Source: Rhizodiscina lignyota
Lineage: Eukaryota
Direction of reading: 5' to 3'
DNA: 64,000 bases
Assembly (NCBI GenBank): GCA_010015805.1
Contig: ML978140.1
Location: 1 to 64,000 of the forward strand
Under the pieces are notes generated by a model. It did no database searches. It saw only the letters and a list, made by a program, of their open reading frames with translations, and was not told where the DNA came from. Below, in pieces: positions 51,223-64,000 of the stretch. Every line of letters begins with the position of its first letter. The stretch's first letter is position 1. The translations under genes and the position numbers were made by a program.

Positions 51223-51422
51223 CCCTGATAAAGGTTGGACGCACACAGAACGAAACAGTTTCGCTCTTCGACACTCGAGAGAGCGTGTCCGAATGCCTAA
51301 TTGGAGATTCTACAGATCGTATTTGTTAACAGCGCAAAAGTTGTATTGACTAATTAGTACATGCATTCCTGCCTTTCAACTCCATTCTAATGGGTATCCC
51401 TGATGCTAAATGGTACGCCTAG

Positions 51423-52782
51423 CTAATAAAGACTCTCAATTACGATATACTCCATCTTCCCCACCTTCTTGTCGTTCTTTCCCCTCCTTTCCCGCCCCTT
51501 CTTGCACGCTCTCCCCATCTTTTTGTGCATATCCCTCATTATCTTGCGTTTATCGTGTTCAACTTTCTTGAGATCCTTCTGCCTTTTCTCTTCCACCCTG
51601 TGAGCTTTCCCCATTCCCTTTGCTTCCAACTCCGACTGGGCTTTAAGATTGATATTGTGGATTTTCTGTTCCACCTTTGCCAGATCCTCTTCGAGTGAGT
51701 CCATGCTAGAATCGGAATCCGACGCGCCCTCCAGATACTCGTCGTAATCGATCCCCGTCCCATTCTTATCCTCATAGCCATGCATCCGGAGTCGTTCGAC
51801 CCTCTCCTCCTTCACCGCAAGACTGCTTGCCATTTTCATCTGTTTCTTTTCCTTTCCTGATGCCATCCTCTGTTGTTGCCACGCACCAATCTTATCCACA
51901 ACATTCCGCTGCGCGGCCGCCGAATTCGATGCAGGCACACGGGTCTCCAGAGGTGCAATGTAGCCCGCCAAAGCTGCCATACGTCGGTCTCGAATCGTTA
52001 TCTGGCCGGCCTTTGAATCTATCGGCGCAAGTACCCTGGCGCTTCCATCTTGCGGAAAGCCAACCATAGCAGCCAACTCCTTGTCTTTCCGGATAGAGAC
52101 TTTTAGCCCTCGGGGGTGAAAGTACCTCTCATTGGACTTCTCCAAGAACAATTTCGTCCGCACCGCAGCCACGACGCGGCCGCCAATGCTCGCCGCCGTT
52201 TGCAGCGCCATTCCCGCAGCCATTGTTGCGGGTTCTGGTGCAAAGCCCATGCCCATCCCGGCGAGTTCCAGTGCTTGGAGGTACGCCGGGCCGGCTTGTG
52301 CGACGGCGATGTTGTCGATGAAGGCGAGGAAGTCGAATTGTTGGACGTCATGCGATGCCAGGACGGTGCTGTACGCGCGTATAAATGGAAGCGCTTGGGG
52401 GTTCAGGAACGAGCCAACGTCGACTCGAGGGATTGCTACGGGCTTCTGTCAGGCGGATGTTATGTCAGTTACTATGCATCGATTCGGAGGAATTAAATGG
52501 AAGAAATGAACGAACCCTTAGGCGCATAACCGAACTCCTCGCAACTGTGTCGTACGATGGTGGAGGGGGGATCCACTGCAATGCAGCCTCGACCTCTGCA
52601 GCTTCTTTTGAAATCTGTTCTGAGGAGAGGCCATCTTCATGTAAGAGTTCTATATCGCTCGTGGTGAGACTGGCTTCGTTCCGCTCTTGATGATAGTAGT
52701 GATTTCGGACTGGTCCTGCTGCGCAGTATGGAGGTGGTGCGAGCTCTTTGTACGTATTGGTGCTAAACTCAGGTTGACCCAT
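51423..52782 (-). CDS. Conserved fungal hypothetical protein with Lys/Glu-rich C-terminus
   Basis: KPVAIPRV...PFIRAYSTVLASHDV...FLAFIDNI; FLEKSNERYFHPRGLKVSI; terminal YIVIESL. Confidence 0.75.
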
Positions 52783-53575
52783 GGCTACAACAATGAAAAC
52801 AGGCTCGATTGAATTGTTTGAGAAGAAGAAAGGAGAAGCAAGCGGTGATTTGACTCCGAGTTTGCTGATGCACTGATGTCTTGATACTTACCAACGCAGA
52901 GAGATTCCGAGCGTCTTTATAACTCCATTGTGGAGATATACAGCTTCTTCCGACTATCCACATCAGGACTATTCCTCGAGGTCGGACGCACTCCATCGTC
53001 ACCTCGCGGCGAAGCCATGATTGGTGATGCGACCATCACTCCCGCGCTAAGCCCAGATAGGCCCAATTTTCGACGCTACGTCCTGAATGCCTTAACCGAT
53101 GCACATCCTTGCCGGCTTTGTCGCTCAGCCTCTCCTCCCGGCGGTATTTCCGGGTGGGTCTCCTGCACAATCTCTGGAGACAGCAAAAGCTGCGCCAAGC
53201 GCGATTATTTTGCATCCATTCAACCCACAACTAACCCATATCCTACACCATGTTGAGGATGCCACAGCCATGATTTTGACTTCCTCGGGTACTTGGTTTA
53301 CGTGCTCGTGGCTTCGACTTCTCGCGCTGGTGATCACTGTGGGCATTGACACTGTGCAGAGTACGAACGGAGTGAGATCACCTTTAGCCATTGGTAGTGA
53401 ACGTGCCTTACAAGGAATGCAATATAAGAATACAAATTATACCAGAAGAAGACAAGTTGCGTTGCACCCCTTCTAGCTACTCTCAGCCACATAGCTTGCC
53501 CAAGGTAACAGGTAATCTGCGGACTAGTCTTCATGCGAAAACGTTCCTGAAGAGATCAAAGGAGATGTCTTTTAA

Positions 53576-54039
53576 CTAGCAGGGATGCAACTTGGGGTAT
53601 TTAAACTCTATACCCTGTTTCTCCGCCTCTTTGGCGTTCTTCCTTGTCATATCTGCCCATTGAGTGGTTGATATTTTGTTTCCATCGCTATCGTAGTGTT
53701 GTTCGCACCCGGAAGGGCATATCCTGCACGAGACTCGTCTGCTTAGTTCTCCTTGCTTCTTTACTTCTTCCGCTCTCGTAGTACTTTCATGTGCCCAGTT
53801 GATCTGTTCACTCCTTTTCGACGCGTTTGGAATGGGCCCGGTCGTGGCTGCTGATCTGCTCACATAGCTGGTGAGTACTCTAATCACGAAGCAACTATCC
53901 TGCTCGAAAGTGAATATCGCACTTACCTTGCAATCTTCTCCCCTTTCTCGGGATGCTGGTTGTATGGCGGGACTGGCAATGCTATGCTTCCCAAAAGGAA
54001 ACATAACCAAAGCGTGGTGACTTGGACTATGCTCTTCAT
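53576..54039 (-). CDS. Small secreted protein (~130 aa, 4 Cys in the mature part)
   Basis: MKSIVQVTTLWLCFLLGSIALP signal peptide; GTAAGT intron splices in frame to ...SKRSEQINW...CRICPSGC...HPC*. Confidence 0.65.
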
Positions 54040-54739
54040 TGTAATTGTATCTCTACCTGGACAGACGTGATAAATAATGAACAGGGAGGAATTTGGCTTA
54101 AATACTCTCTACAATATTACGTATAGAGCAAATTCCACGGTTATGGCTAGGCCCCAACGACCACAAAATTAAACAAATCGGCATTCCGCGTTTATAATCA
54201 TGACAGAGACGATCAAATAAACTTTCATATATTAGAAACTAAGATACTCAGGTCAGTAAACTGTACCCTGGGTCTTGCGGTTTAATCGCAACTGGAGTCA
54301 GCTCGTTGGCGCTGTGCGGACTTTGTGAAAATGTCCATGAATTTCCACAAGCGCATGTGCGAAAACAACTACCAAGTGTAAAGAAGTTAATATAGGCGGG
54401 CACAAGTGCATATTCTATGCGAAGCACAAGGCACTGGGAGGCACCGTAGAGTTCCAATCAACCCGACAAAAATCAGTTCTCGCTTGCATGCGGAAGTTGT
54501 ATTCAACGGTGCTCGGAATCTGCTCACTATGCCTGCGCAGACATGTGAAAGTTATACTACTTTATGCGAGATGCACGGTCGAAGCAAAGCACAGGGTAGA
54601 TAAAATCAAACATCCAAAGTCGAATTGGTCTATTCGTCTCAAATTGTAACGATGCTTATCATAGGATATAATTATAAAAGCAGTGTCTTCAGGAACAGTC
54701 ACCCCATCTCCTAACCCTCAACACTGTCACCGCCACCCG

Positions 54740-55789
54740 CTACACCATGTCGTCTGGACGAACGCCGGACGCATGGCGAGACCTCAACCCCTGCGCCGTC
54801 GACGCCGGCATCACCGTGAGGGCAGGCATGCCAAGCCCATCGTCCAGCGTAATGGCGATCTCTGGGCCCTGCATGTGCACGCCTGATCTGTCGAGCTCAG
54901 GGAAGTCTCTCCCCAAAAACCGCAGTATCGGTGCCCAGACCGCGATGATGCGGCGCATCCCGGCGTGCGTAATCTGGCTCCATATGGCGTACCATGGAGT
55001 GGGTGGGAGGGTGAGCGAGCAGATGAGTGGCCCACGGGAGAGGGCGAACCAGCCGAGCGCACGCGTGGTGGCGATAAGGAGGGTCATGACGGTTGTCCTC
55101 AGCACGAAGAGGACAATGATGGTGGTGTACATCCACACCGCCGATCCGACGATAGCCGGCATCCACAGGTAGCCGAGATTGTCGAGGAAATCAAGAATTG
55201 CGTGGATAAAAATGGCGGTAATGAGGACCCATGGTATGACGCGGATTGCGACCGCCTTAACGATTCCGACATCGGAGGGTAAGACAAGTCTAATGCGGAT
55301 AAATGAGGCAGCAGTGGTGACGATCGTCATGCCAGAGAAGATTCTATATGTAATCTCAACATATATGGCCGCAGAACCGACGGGAGCAGGATAGGCAGGG
55401 CCTCGGAGCCACACTCCGACCAAAGCAGCAAGGAGGACGATGGTGACGACCGCCACTGTAGACAGGATGGCCAGTAAAAGGTGACGATGCTCTAACCCGG
55501 CACGGCCAGAGAGTGACCACCAAAGAACGACGATGGTGACAATCGTCGCGGCATCTTCAAGCTGTTCGACAGCAAAGTACGCGGCGGCAACACCGGCAGA
55601 TGGGTTGATGAGGGACGCCACCCTCAGACAGGCAGCGACAATGAAGAGGATACAGGAGGCGGTCAGTCCAGCCCATCTCCCCGACGGGGAGTATCCTTCG
55701 TGCATGCGGACAACACAGATCCACAGCAGGAGCAAGCAGAAGACGGCGGCGATCAGGAGGGCGACGACAATTTCGAGGAGAGGGAGCAT
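54740..55789 (-). CDS. Orphan multi-pass (~7 TM) membrane protein
   Basis: 349-aa single ORF with about seven hydrophobic segments and a polar C-tail. Confidence 0.7.
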   Translation of the reverse strand: MLPLLEIVVALLIAAVFCLLLLWICVVRMHEGYSPSGRWAGLTASCILFIVAACLRVASLINPSAGVAAAYFAVEQLEDAATIVTIVVLWWSLSGRAGLEHRHLLLAILSTVAVVTIVLLAALVGVWLRGPAYPAPVGSAAIYVEITYRIFSGMTIVTTAASFIRIRLVLPSDVGIVKAVAIRVIPWVLITAIFIHAILDFLDNLGYLWMPAIVGSAVWMYTTIIVLFVLRTTVMTLLIATTRALGWFALSRGPLICSLTLPPTPWYAIWSQITHAGMRRIIAVWAPILRFLGRDFPELDRSGVHMQGPEIAITLDDGLGMPALTVMPASTAQGLRSRHASGVRPDDMV

Positions 55790-56404
55790 TTTGACAGAGG
55801 CAGAGATTGTTCAACAGAGGCGAGAGAGAATCAAACGGTGTGCGAGCTGCTGTTGCGGTCGTCGGTAGATTGAAGAAAGAAAATAACTTTGAGGGTGAGT
55901 AGCATCTTTGTATTAGTTTGGACGACAACATTGACAGAGAGAAAGAGCTCCCAAAACATAGTTACGTCTTTCTTTGCTTTTACGGTGTAAAGCAGGACCT
56001 GCCGGACAATCAAGACTAATATAGAAGCCATGATGCGTAAAAAGGCGAATTCTGCTTAATTGGATTCCGCTTCGAACAGAAACAACTTGCCTTCCTTCCC
56101 TCTGCCAGAGCAGCCACTGTAGCGCGCAGCGGCATCGGTGCAGGGCGGATGATATCAATGGAAACAGCAACAGAGAGCACTGGCAGTTTCCATGGGTGCA
56201 GCAAGATGAGATGTTGCAAAGACGGAAGGGAAGACCGCCGTCGTCGTTCAACGTTGAAATGAAATGAAATGATAGAGGCGAGGTCCGAGGCGAGGCGAAG
56301 AAGTCCCGAAGAAGCCCCTTGGACTCACTCTAACAGGACCTTCACAAGTCCTCGTAAGCATAATCAGGAGACTCTTCTCCTTGCTGGAGAGAACCTTCAC
56401 AATT

Positions 56405-57598
56405 TCACTCCAACCTAGCCTTCTCGTCCTTCAGAATATTCACTGCCTCACCCTCTATCGACGGTCTATGAGGCGCCCAGCCAAGGACTTTCCTCGCACG
56501 CTCTGCCTTTCCTCTCGAATTCAAGCCCCAACTGACAGCTTCGAAGCCGGCCTGATCCAGCGCCTCATCTTTGCTCAACGAATCCTCTTTCGGATCTTCG
56601 ATGTATCCCAACTCGACAGCTTTCTTCGACATCAGTCTCGCCAGATCGCTCCAGACATGTTCGCCGTTCTCCGTGAACATATACCCCTTCTCACCCCACA
56701 ATTCGCTGCTAAGGTCCTTTGCTACCGCCTTCTCTACGAGAAGAAGGAAAACATCTGAAAGATCAGCGACATGTACGTTATTCCATCTTGCTTTACCTTC
56801 GCCGACAATTGGAGTGTAGCCTTTCGTGATGATGAGCTTTGCCAATTCGTAGGCCTGGCGGCTGCGGACGGCAACAGGACCGCGTCCCTTGCCTAATACT
56901 CTCAGCATAAGCCCCGATACCCGTGGAATGGGAACAAACCATAGATCGTAGGCGGACAGACAATGACTGTCTTGACGCTATCGCCATGCTTAATGCCGCA
57001 GTCCAGAACGACCTGGTCTACACTCCTGTGGAAGGCCTCATCGGGAAGATGCGTGAGCTCATCAACACCGTCCAGATCATTGAATTGCTTTTCGGACCAT
57101 GTCCCAAGTCCCGCGAAGTTGTCTTTTGAATCGAAGTATGTCAAGATGCCGGTGCCACCAGTATGTAGCCAGAATCCCGGATTCTCCTTGGAATGACCCT
57201 TCACTAAGCCTGCCGCGATCGCTTTTGCTGCGCCTTCGTGGTCTGACGCATCAGCAGTATCTACGTTCACCCAATCAGTACAGAAGATATATGTGAAGTG
57301 TTGGCAGAGCGCATACGAATAACAATATCAGCTCTCGATGCTTCCTCTTCCAGGATTGCGGAATTGTCCAAATCTCCAAGGACCACTCTCACAGACGGAT
57401 AAGCTTTCTTCACAGCATCTGCCTTGTCTTGAGTCCTGATTAAGACCGAATATTCATAATTTGGGTGGGCTTTGTAGAGCACATAGAGCGCATCTCCTCC
57501 GATGTAGCCAGTCGCGCCAGTTCTGCAGGACGATTAGACTTTGGATCTCTCCTCTGCCTGTTGGGGATGAAGACGGACATGAACACTTTTGGAGACAT
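56405..57598 (-). CDS. NAD(P)-dependent epimerase/dehydratase-like (atypical SDR) protein
   Basis: MSPKVF|.TGATGYIGGD; WLHTGGTG; IVCPPTIYG; WNNVHVADL. Confidence 0.9.
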
Positions 57599-58142
57599 CT
57601 TTCCAAAACACAATTTCATGCAGCGGTTAATGAGCAGAAATTTGATGGTCCAAAGTTCTTCACTGACGTCGTCTTTAAATGTGGTCGCGTGCTGCCAAGG
57701 ACGCACCCAAGCTTGTGAGGGCGGGATTGAATTCCGTCACCGTCGAGAAGCTGAAATCTTCAATAACTCAAGAGGTTATACTATTTCATGCTTATTTACT
57801 CAAATACTGTTCAAAATGCAAGTAGTAGTGTCGTAAAGGTAATCAGACAGCTGGTACCACTTTCAACAGACGAGACTGCTTCGACTTGAAATTCAAAAAA
57901 CTTCCACAGCTTCCTGTGAGACAAAACGCTCCGCAAATTTAACATATCAGATGCGCACGACATCCACGTCTGCTGTCTCTTCGTTCATCTTATCTTTCGA
58001 AGTCATTTGAATGGCTCTCCACTCAAACTTTCTCTTTGCTAACTCTTCCATCGTCTTTGATGGTCTTCAGTATCCGTTCTGCCGCCCGTTTCCACGACCA
58101 TGCCCAACTTTCGCGGCAGCAACCTACGAACGGGAATTAGTG

Positions 58143-59547
58143 TTAATCAGCACAGTCTAAGTCTGGGTCACTCACACTATCTTGGAGACCATACGAAGGA
58201 TTTGCGTACTGCGGCCGCTCTGGGCCCGAATAGTATCCCTGTGCTTGGTCGGGATTGGATTGAGGTGATGCACCGAAATCGTTTCCTGGGCGAAACTTTG
58301 CTTTGACGCCTTGCACCATCTCAATTACAATGTCGAATATGTTGAGCGCCTTGATGATCGCGTATAATCCGAGGGGCCCGCCTTCGTATCGTTGAGCGTC
58401 CTTGACCAAGCTGCTGCCAAGGCGGTATGGCTTGAAGGAGTATGCGAGGAAGAAGAACGGCGCGAGCACCGCCATCTCACAGCAAAGGATGAGGGATGGC
58501 AGGCCTTGGGTGAGGTCATTTAAGGTGAAGTGTTTGGATGCTTTGATATGCCCTCCCGATCGAAGGAAGTTGAATACAAAGGTCTGGATAAAGTTGAGAA
58601 AGACGATGACCTTGAAACATATGAGCTGTTTCAATGCTCCGCGCGGCTTCAGAACAGAACTCGATCGGCGGTAGAATTGCAGGATGGCCACAATGGCTAA
58701 GAACGTCGAAATAATGCGGATGATAGATATCTGAGTAGAGTCAGCGCTGGTCTACTCGAAGGTTTGCTACTGGCCGACGAACCCAGATGTGAGCAAAATG
58801 TATGTTATTTGAGTCGACGCAGTACGTTCCCACAGCCAAGCTGATCACTGTTGCGATCCACAGAATGATGCTGATTGGCACCCACTGTAGCACGCCGAAT
58901 GCGAGTCTCTAGTACGAAATTAGCTTCAGAGAATCCAGTGCCTTTTCGAAGTTATTAGAATAGACACTTACATGATACCAAAGCAGACTCCCGCCACCGG
59001 CAGCATTTCCTTTCTTATCGAGTAGCGCCATCTGGGCAAAAAATTCATCGCGACCACCCTCGTCTGGTGTGATATACGCCGTCATAAGCAAGAAAAAGGA
59101 AGCCATTGGAAGAGATTCGGCGACATCGCGTCCAGGCGAAATATACGGGTTCGGAGAGCCATCGAGCCAGACGCAAAGGAACGAGATGATCGCGAAAAAA
59201 GGAAGAATCGAAATAATGCGAATGATTCTGTAACTGAGGTTGGTTGAATTCTAACAAGGAATATTCCAATGACTTACTGTTTTTGTTCTCTCGGACAAGA
59301 AAAGTGCGTCGCATGCAGGAAGATTAACAGGAGAGCAGCCAGACCTGCGAAGAGGGCCGTTGCTCCTGCGATAATGATGAAAACGCTATGTGCTGTCAAA
59401 CTACCCGCAAGAGGCAGTATAGCTGGATGTGCAGGAATTCGTCAGCTTCGATGTTTGTGAAAGCAATTGAGATTTTGAGATTGTACCTGGCCCGCTTGCA
59501 TCTGGTACCGGACAAGTATGATTGGAGCTGGAGTGGTGGTGAACCAT
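58143..59547 (-). CDS. Organic solute transporter Ost-alpha / TMEM184 (DUF300) family protein
   Basis: HATHFSCPREQKQ|IIRII; ESLPMASFFLLM; FGVLQW; QLICFKVIVFLNFIQ; LILCCEM...AYSFKPY. Confidence 0.85.
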
Positions 59548-60023
59548 CTTCAAAGCGGAATTAACAAGATTGAAATTGGTCGTGAGAGAGTGATTGTTCT
59601 TCCTCGAGGTTCCAGCTGTGCAAAAATATACCTCCAAAGCTTGTTTAATTATGAACTTCGCTCCTGTGTCTCCAACATCACTGCGCATGCGAAGCTGGAC
59701 TACACCAAATACGCTACCCAATCATATGGCGGTCATACAGCCCTATCGCTGGCAATTGCCCGAGATGGTTTAGCGCACTCAGGAGCATGTTCAAATTTCA
59801 CGCGCCATCGACAGCGGCTGAATCTTAAGGATCCACGAAAACCAGCGCACGGAGTAACAACTCTCCACCTAGAGTTGCTATATCATGCGGTCGAGTCGTG
59901 TTCACTGGCTCATCCCCGCGTTGCCATGGCTTAAAGAGCCACAGCACCGCCATACGCCTTTTTCTGCCTCTTTTGGCCCCCTCTCTGCATCAACTTCTGC
60001 ACTCAGGCGACGCCGATGACAAC

Positions 60024-61647
60024 ATGGCTCGAAGTCGAGGTTGTATTTCATGCAGGGCGCGGAAAATCAAGGTACCCAACCACAACACACGTCATTGAAC
60101 ATTGAAGTATTTGAGATGTTTGTTGATCTCTGCTCCTCCTGGCTGACATCCGACCCTGCAGTGCGATGAAGCTCGCCCGTCTTGCCGAAACTGTGTGTCG
60201 CGAGGGAAGTCCTGTCCTGGCTATCACAATGAAGTTATCATCCGGGATATGACCCAATTCGCTGAAAAGAAGGTTGAATCTCGTGTGACGAGACTTCTCA
60301 AAGATAGAGAACTCGGAAAAGCCAATGCAGAAGCAGACATTGTCAACGAGTTCCTTACAGACTATGTTTGGGATTCCAACGTAGTGATACGGACCACATG
60401 GTTCTTAAGAGACTTGTATATGTCCTCCAGTCCGGGGAGCTTATACAGGGAGGCTTTCCATGCCGCGGCTCTCAGGAGCCGAGCGAATCAACAGAGTCTT
60501 AAGTGGATGGCTGCAGAAGGCGACAATGCATATGGTCGCGGGCTGACCATGCTCAAAGCGGCATTAGAGGACCCTGCGCAGGTCAAGACGGACGCCACGC
60601 TAGCGGCCGCCTTCGTTTGTGGCTTGAGTGAAGTATGTTTAGTCACTGTACCGATTACCAAAAGCAGTATAATCGGACTAACATCATGCCCAGCTTATCA
60701 GTGGATTTCAAACGAAGAGTTGTCTGTCGGATAACCACCACCATCGCGGTCGGATCATGCTACTTCGCATGCGTGGCGTCGAACAGCTTCGTTCTCCTTT
60801 GGGAAGCTGTCTGTATGGAGTATTCAGTATGCATGCAGTGAGTCCAGTGGTCTTGCATGCATCCAGGAATCCGACTTCTGACTTCATTGTGCAGACACTA
60901 AAAGCCCAGACCATACACGAGAAACCATATAAAGAAGCGGCCGAATGGATCGAGCTTTGCGGGATTAAAGAACCGGCACTTCGGCTGGAAAGAATCCATA
61001 TGCGGACTGCTTGTTTGTGTGCAGATGCTCGAGCTCTGATTGACCGTGGCCCGAAGGATGACGAGGGAGCGGCGGAATCGCAGCTTCGGAGCATTGTGGA
61101 GAGAGCTGTCACTATTGAGTCCGAATACCAATCCTGGATCGACAGATACCTGAAGTTCGAGGACTGGGGCTGTTGGGCAGTTCCATTAGACTTCGACTCC
61201 TCATTTACCATGGAGCGGATAGCTTACACCTATCACGATCTATGGGTTGGGTATTTTTGGCTTGGTTTCTTCAGCAGGCGTGCTCATTTGCAAAGCGTCC
61301 TTTTGCATTGCATTTCTCTCCTCAATCCGGATGATGACCTGCAAAACCATGCAACTCATGCCCGGTCAGTCATCGACAGTATGGTGTCCTGCATTTGCGG
61401 CAGTGTACCGTTTATGCTTGGTGAGATCGACTCAACAGGTAAAAAAGGTCCAGAAGGGAAGAGGATTGCTCTGAGAGGTTACCTGCTTTTTTGGCCGCTG
61501 CATATTGCAAGATGGAACGTGGAAGCGGGAAGCTGGAAGGACAAGTGGATAGTACGGATAATGGAGTTCATAAGTGACTCCTTGGGGATTCGCACTGCGA
61601 GAAACTTGACGAGGAAGCCCAGGAAGCCGGCTTGGCAGTTGGTTTAA
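60024..61647 (+). CDS. Zn2Cys6 transcription factor
   Basis: MARSRGCISCRARKIK|CDEARPSCRNCVSRGKSCPGY; LLRMRG; ICGSVPFMLG; LFWPL. Confidence 0.9.
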
Positions 61648-61757
61648 TTATAGTACAATAGTAGGTCAAAGTTGAAGAAAGATTAACAATGAACTGAAGA
61701 GAAGGAAAAAACTACTCGCAGTGCTCAAGCCTGCCTCTTGCGCTCAGCTACCGCAAA

Positions 61758-62401
61758 TCATTCTGCTTTGCAATTCAGGCCGACAGGTCCAATCATCGAT
61801 GTGTTTCTGAGGTCGGTATACTTGTGCTCGATCGACTCGTTCTCAGTGATCGCCTGTTGAATCAAGGTCGAATCCAGATACGCATCCGCTTCGACAATAA
61901 TACCGTCGGTGTTCCAGCGCGTTACCCAAGCGTAGGTATTATCGAATACGAGGCCTGATTGCGCAATATTAGCGAGGTTCACTTCGTTATATCATGAGAC
62001 TCACCATTCTTGCACTTGCCGAGTGCATGAAGCTGCTGCACACTCCATTCCTCTTCTCCGCCACCAATGACACGGACAAGTTTAGGTGAGGCTTCCTGGC
62101 CCACCACGAATGTGTTCCCCAATCGCTCTAGCGCGTCGGTTGTGAATAATGTCCTGGTGGGGTATTGGCCAGCCAGAGGATGTGTGCCCATGATCGTCCA
62201 ACTAACCTCAGGGGCGACGTAAGAGAGAAAGGCCGTGTAATTTCCATCGCCCAAGAAGTTGAATATCTTCGTGATTTGGCCCTTGTCTGGGTATTTCGAT
62301 TGCGTCTGGGACGTTGTTTGGTTGCTATTTGCCAATGCTGGTGTAGCAAAAGTAGCAGCGATAAAAGCAAAGACGGAGAGTGTTCGGACCGAGAAGAACA
62401 T
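61758..62401 (-). CDS. Secreted SnoaL/NTF2-like protein
   Basis: Signal peptide; FLSYVAPEVSWTIMGTHPLAGQY; KN|GLVFDNTYAWVTRWN...AYLDS. Confidence 0.85.
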
Positions 62402-63032
62402 ATTGTGGATGAGTGAATTTAACTGATCGATGATGCGATTAAGAAAGTGCAGGATTCAAAGCTTTTAAAAGTCGCTCCCTTTCATACGTGCCTCGGAAGG
62501 ATTTTGTTGCGGTCGGTGATTTCGCATTCATCTTCCGCGTCTAGCGAAGGGCTTTGGCCTTCTCCGAGGCCAAAGGGATGTGTGTTTGTCCAAATTAACA
62601 AGCTTGGACGACCTCCGGAGCTTTAAGGCTGTGTGCGAGCGGGACTGGCTTGGTGGAGTCGATATCGTACTAACTGTTTGGGGCATCTCGAGCGACAAAG
62701 CAAAGCCCCACCTCAAACGATAGTGGACTAGGGGAATATCAATCACTCAGATTTGCGCCTTGATCTAATGCAGTAAAATTGACGAAGGGTGCGTGCGAAC
62801 TGTCCCAGTGAACTTGCACAGAGATGATGGAGAACCGGAGATTGAACATTGAAAACTCACTGTCGGAAGCAGGCGGGGGCATTCTGACCCTGAAATCAGA
62901 GTTATATTTACAGGAAATCAACGTAACAGGGATAATCATAAATATTCGTGTTTAATACACATTAGTGAGCTGTGTTAACAGTCAATGCTTTTCTATTGCG
63001 AGATATAGCATATCTACACAAACAGACTGGAG

Positions 63033-64000
63033 TCATAGAGATACAGGATGCTTGTGACGAACGATATGACCGTATCTATCCGAGTCAGTGTTGTTCAATA
63101 TTCTAAGATGCAGAGAGGAGGACATACTTGTAAAATAGAATCGGTATTGGGGCCATAATTAACGAGATGAATCCGAGGACGGTATTGCCCCAACCCAGAC
63201 CAAGGGATCGGAATAGCGAAGGGCCAGCAAGCGGCAAAAATGTACCGTAGATCGATAGTGAGGTTCGCATTGCGGCGACCGCAGACGCTGCATATATTGA
63301 AAACGCATCTACGAGGTATGTTTGGCCTGAGACGGATCAGTAAACATGCGGTCAATGCGTGTTGCTGTACTTGGGGTCATACAAGGCATGAATACTCCGA
63401 GCATGCCAAATCCAAAGGGGATCATCCCGATAATTGGCACTATCCTAGAGGTGTGTTAATCCAATACTCTCGTGGCTGTCTTGAAATCTGTTCATACCAG
63501 TGAACATGCTTCTCCGTTGACCAGCCATACCAGAATAGTGAAATTGGAAGCCATATAGAATAATATACCGTAGTAGCAAGACGCATCTCGGCTATTGAAC
63601 TATCAGTACGAAAATCTGAGCAACAGTGGCCTTGCATACGTTCGAAATTTCCGTTGTTTTTCTTTGCGAGTTTGATGACGGTGGCGTCGTTCGTCTTCAT
63701 GATGACAACAAGTGCAATCTATTCAGGCGAATGATAAGATTGGAGTCGCGAAAGAACTGCATGTGATACATACAATCATGCCTCCTCCCACTGCGGAAAA
63801 ATATCAGCTCAAGCAATCCTGGTTGTGCGGAGGCTATACTTACAGGGCGTATATGCTAGACCAGTGAGACTGGACTTCCAGCCATAAGTCTCTGTGAATA
63901 CTGTCGGAATTGTAGTGAAGAAGAGATCTGTTCTTCGTGAGCACGGTGGGTTAAAGAGGCGGATCACGCGTACAAAGAATGCCAAATACTGTAGACGCAT
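63033..64000 (-). CDS. MFS multidrug transporter (DHA1-like), 3' part only; 5' end outside window
   Basis: Short exons: LFFTTIPTVFTETYGW; EMRL...LFWYGWSTEKHVHW; TYLVDAFSIYAASAVAA; LGLGWGNTVLGFI; terminal YGHIVRHKHPVSL*. Confidence 0.88.

Noticed and set aside
63033..64000. Fragmented MFS ORFs suggesting a pseudogene
   Set aside because: The 3' fragments I traced join in frame through canonical short introns; it appears intact and intron-rich.

Overview
Fungal (Pezizomycotina-type, intron-containing) genomic window in three parts. (1) 1-~10,400: AT/TpA-rich block degraded by repeat-induced point mutation (RIP). It holds a ~5.6 kb relic of a telomere-linked-helicase-like gene (DUF3505-type Zn finger + central domain + RecQ-like helicase), a second DUF3505-type relic, tandem/inverted repeats, and a gene whose 3' half runs into the RIP zone. 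After manual de-RIPping, the central domain shows an R...K...RH...GH...Y pattern resembling a tyrosine-recombinase active site, suggesting a recombinase-helicase mobile element. (2) ~12.7-47.3 kb: intact genes, including a compact putative levoglucosan-utilisation cluster (Zn2Cys6 TF + MFS sugar porter + levoglucosan kinase, with a duplicated 131-bp promoter element), a GST that can be spliced to an upstream WRKY/GCM1-like domain, and housekeeping genes (RAD51, NUP120, PUF6, CHORD, aldolase). (3) 47.8-64 kb: accessory-looking genes (pseudogenised secreted protein, C6 TFs, small secreted protein, multi-TM orphan, OST-alpha, SnoaL-like, MFS). All calls come from manual reading and recalled family motifs; no searches were run. 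Multi-exon CDS spans include introns.
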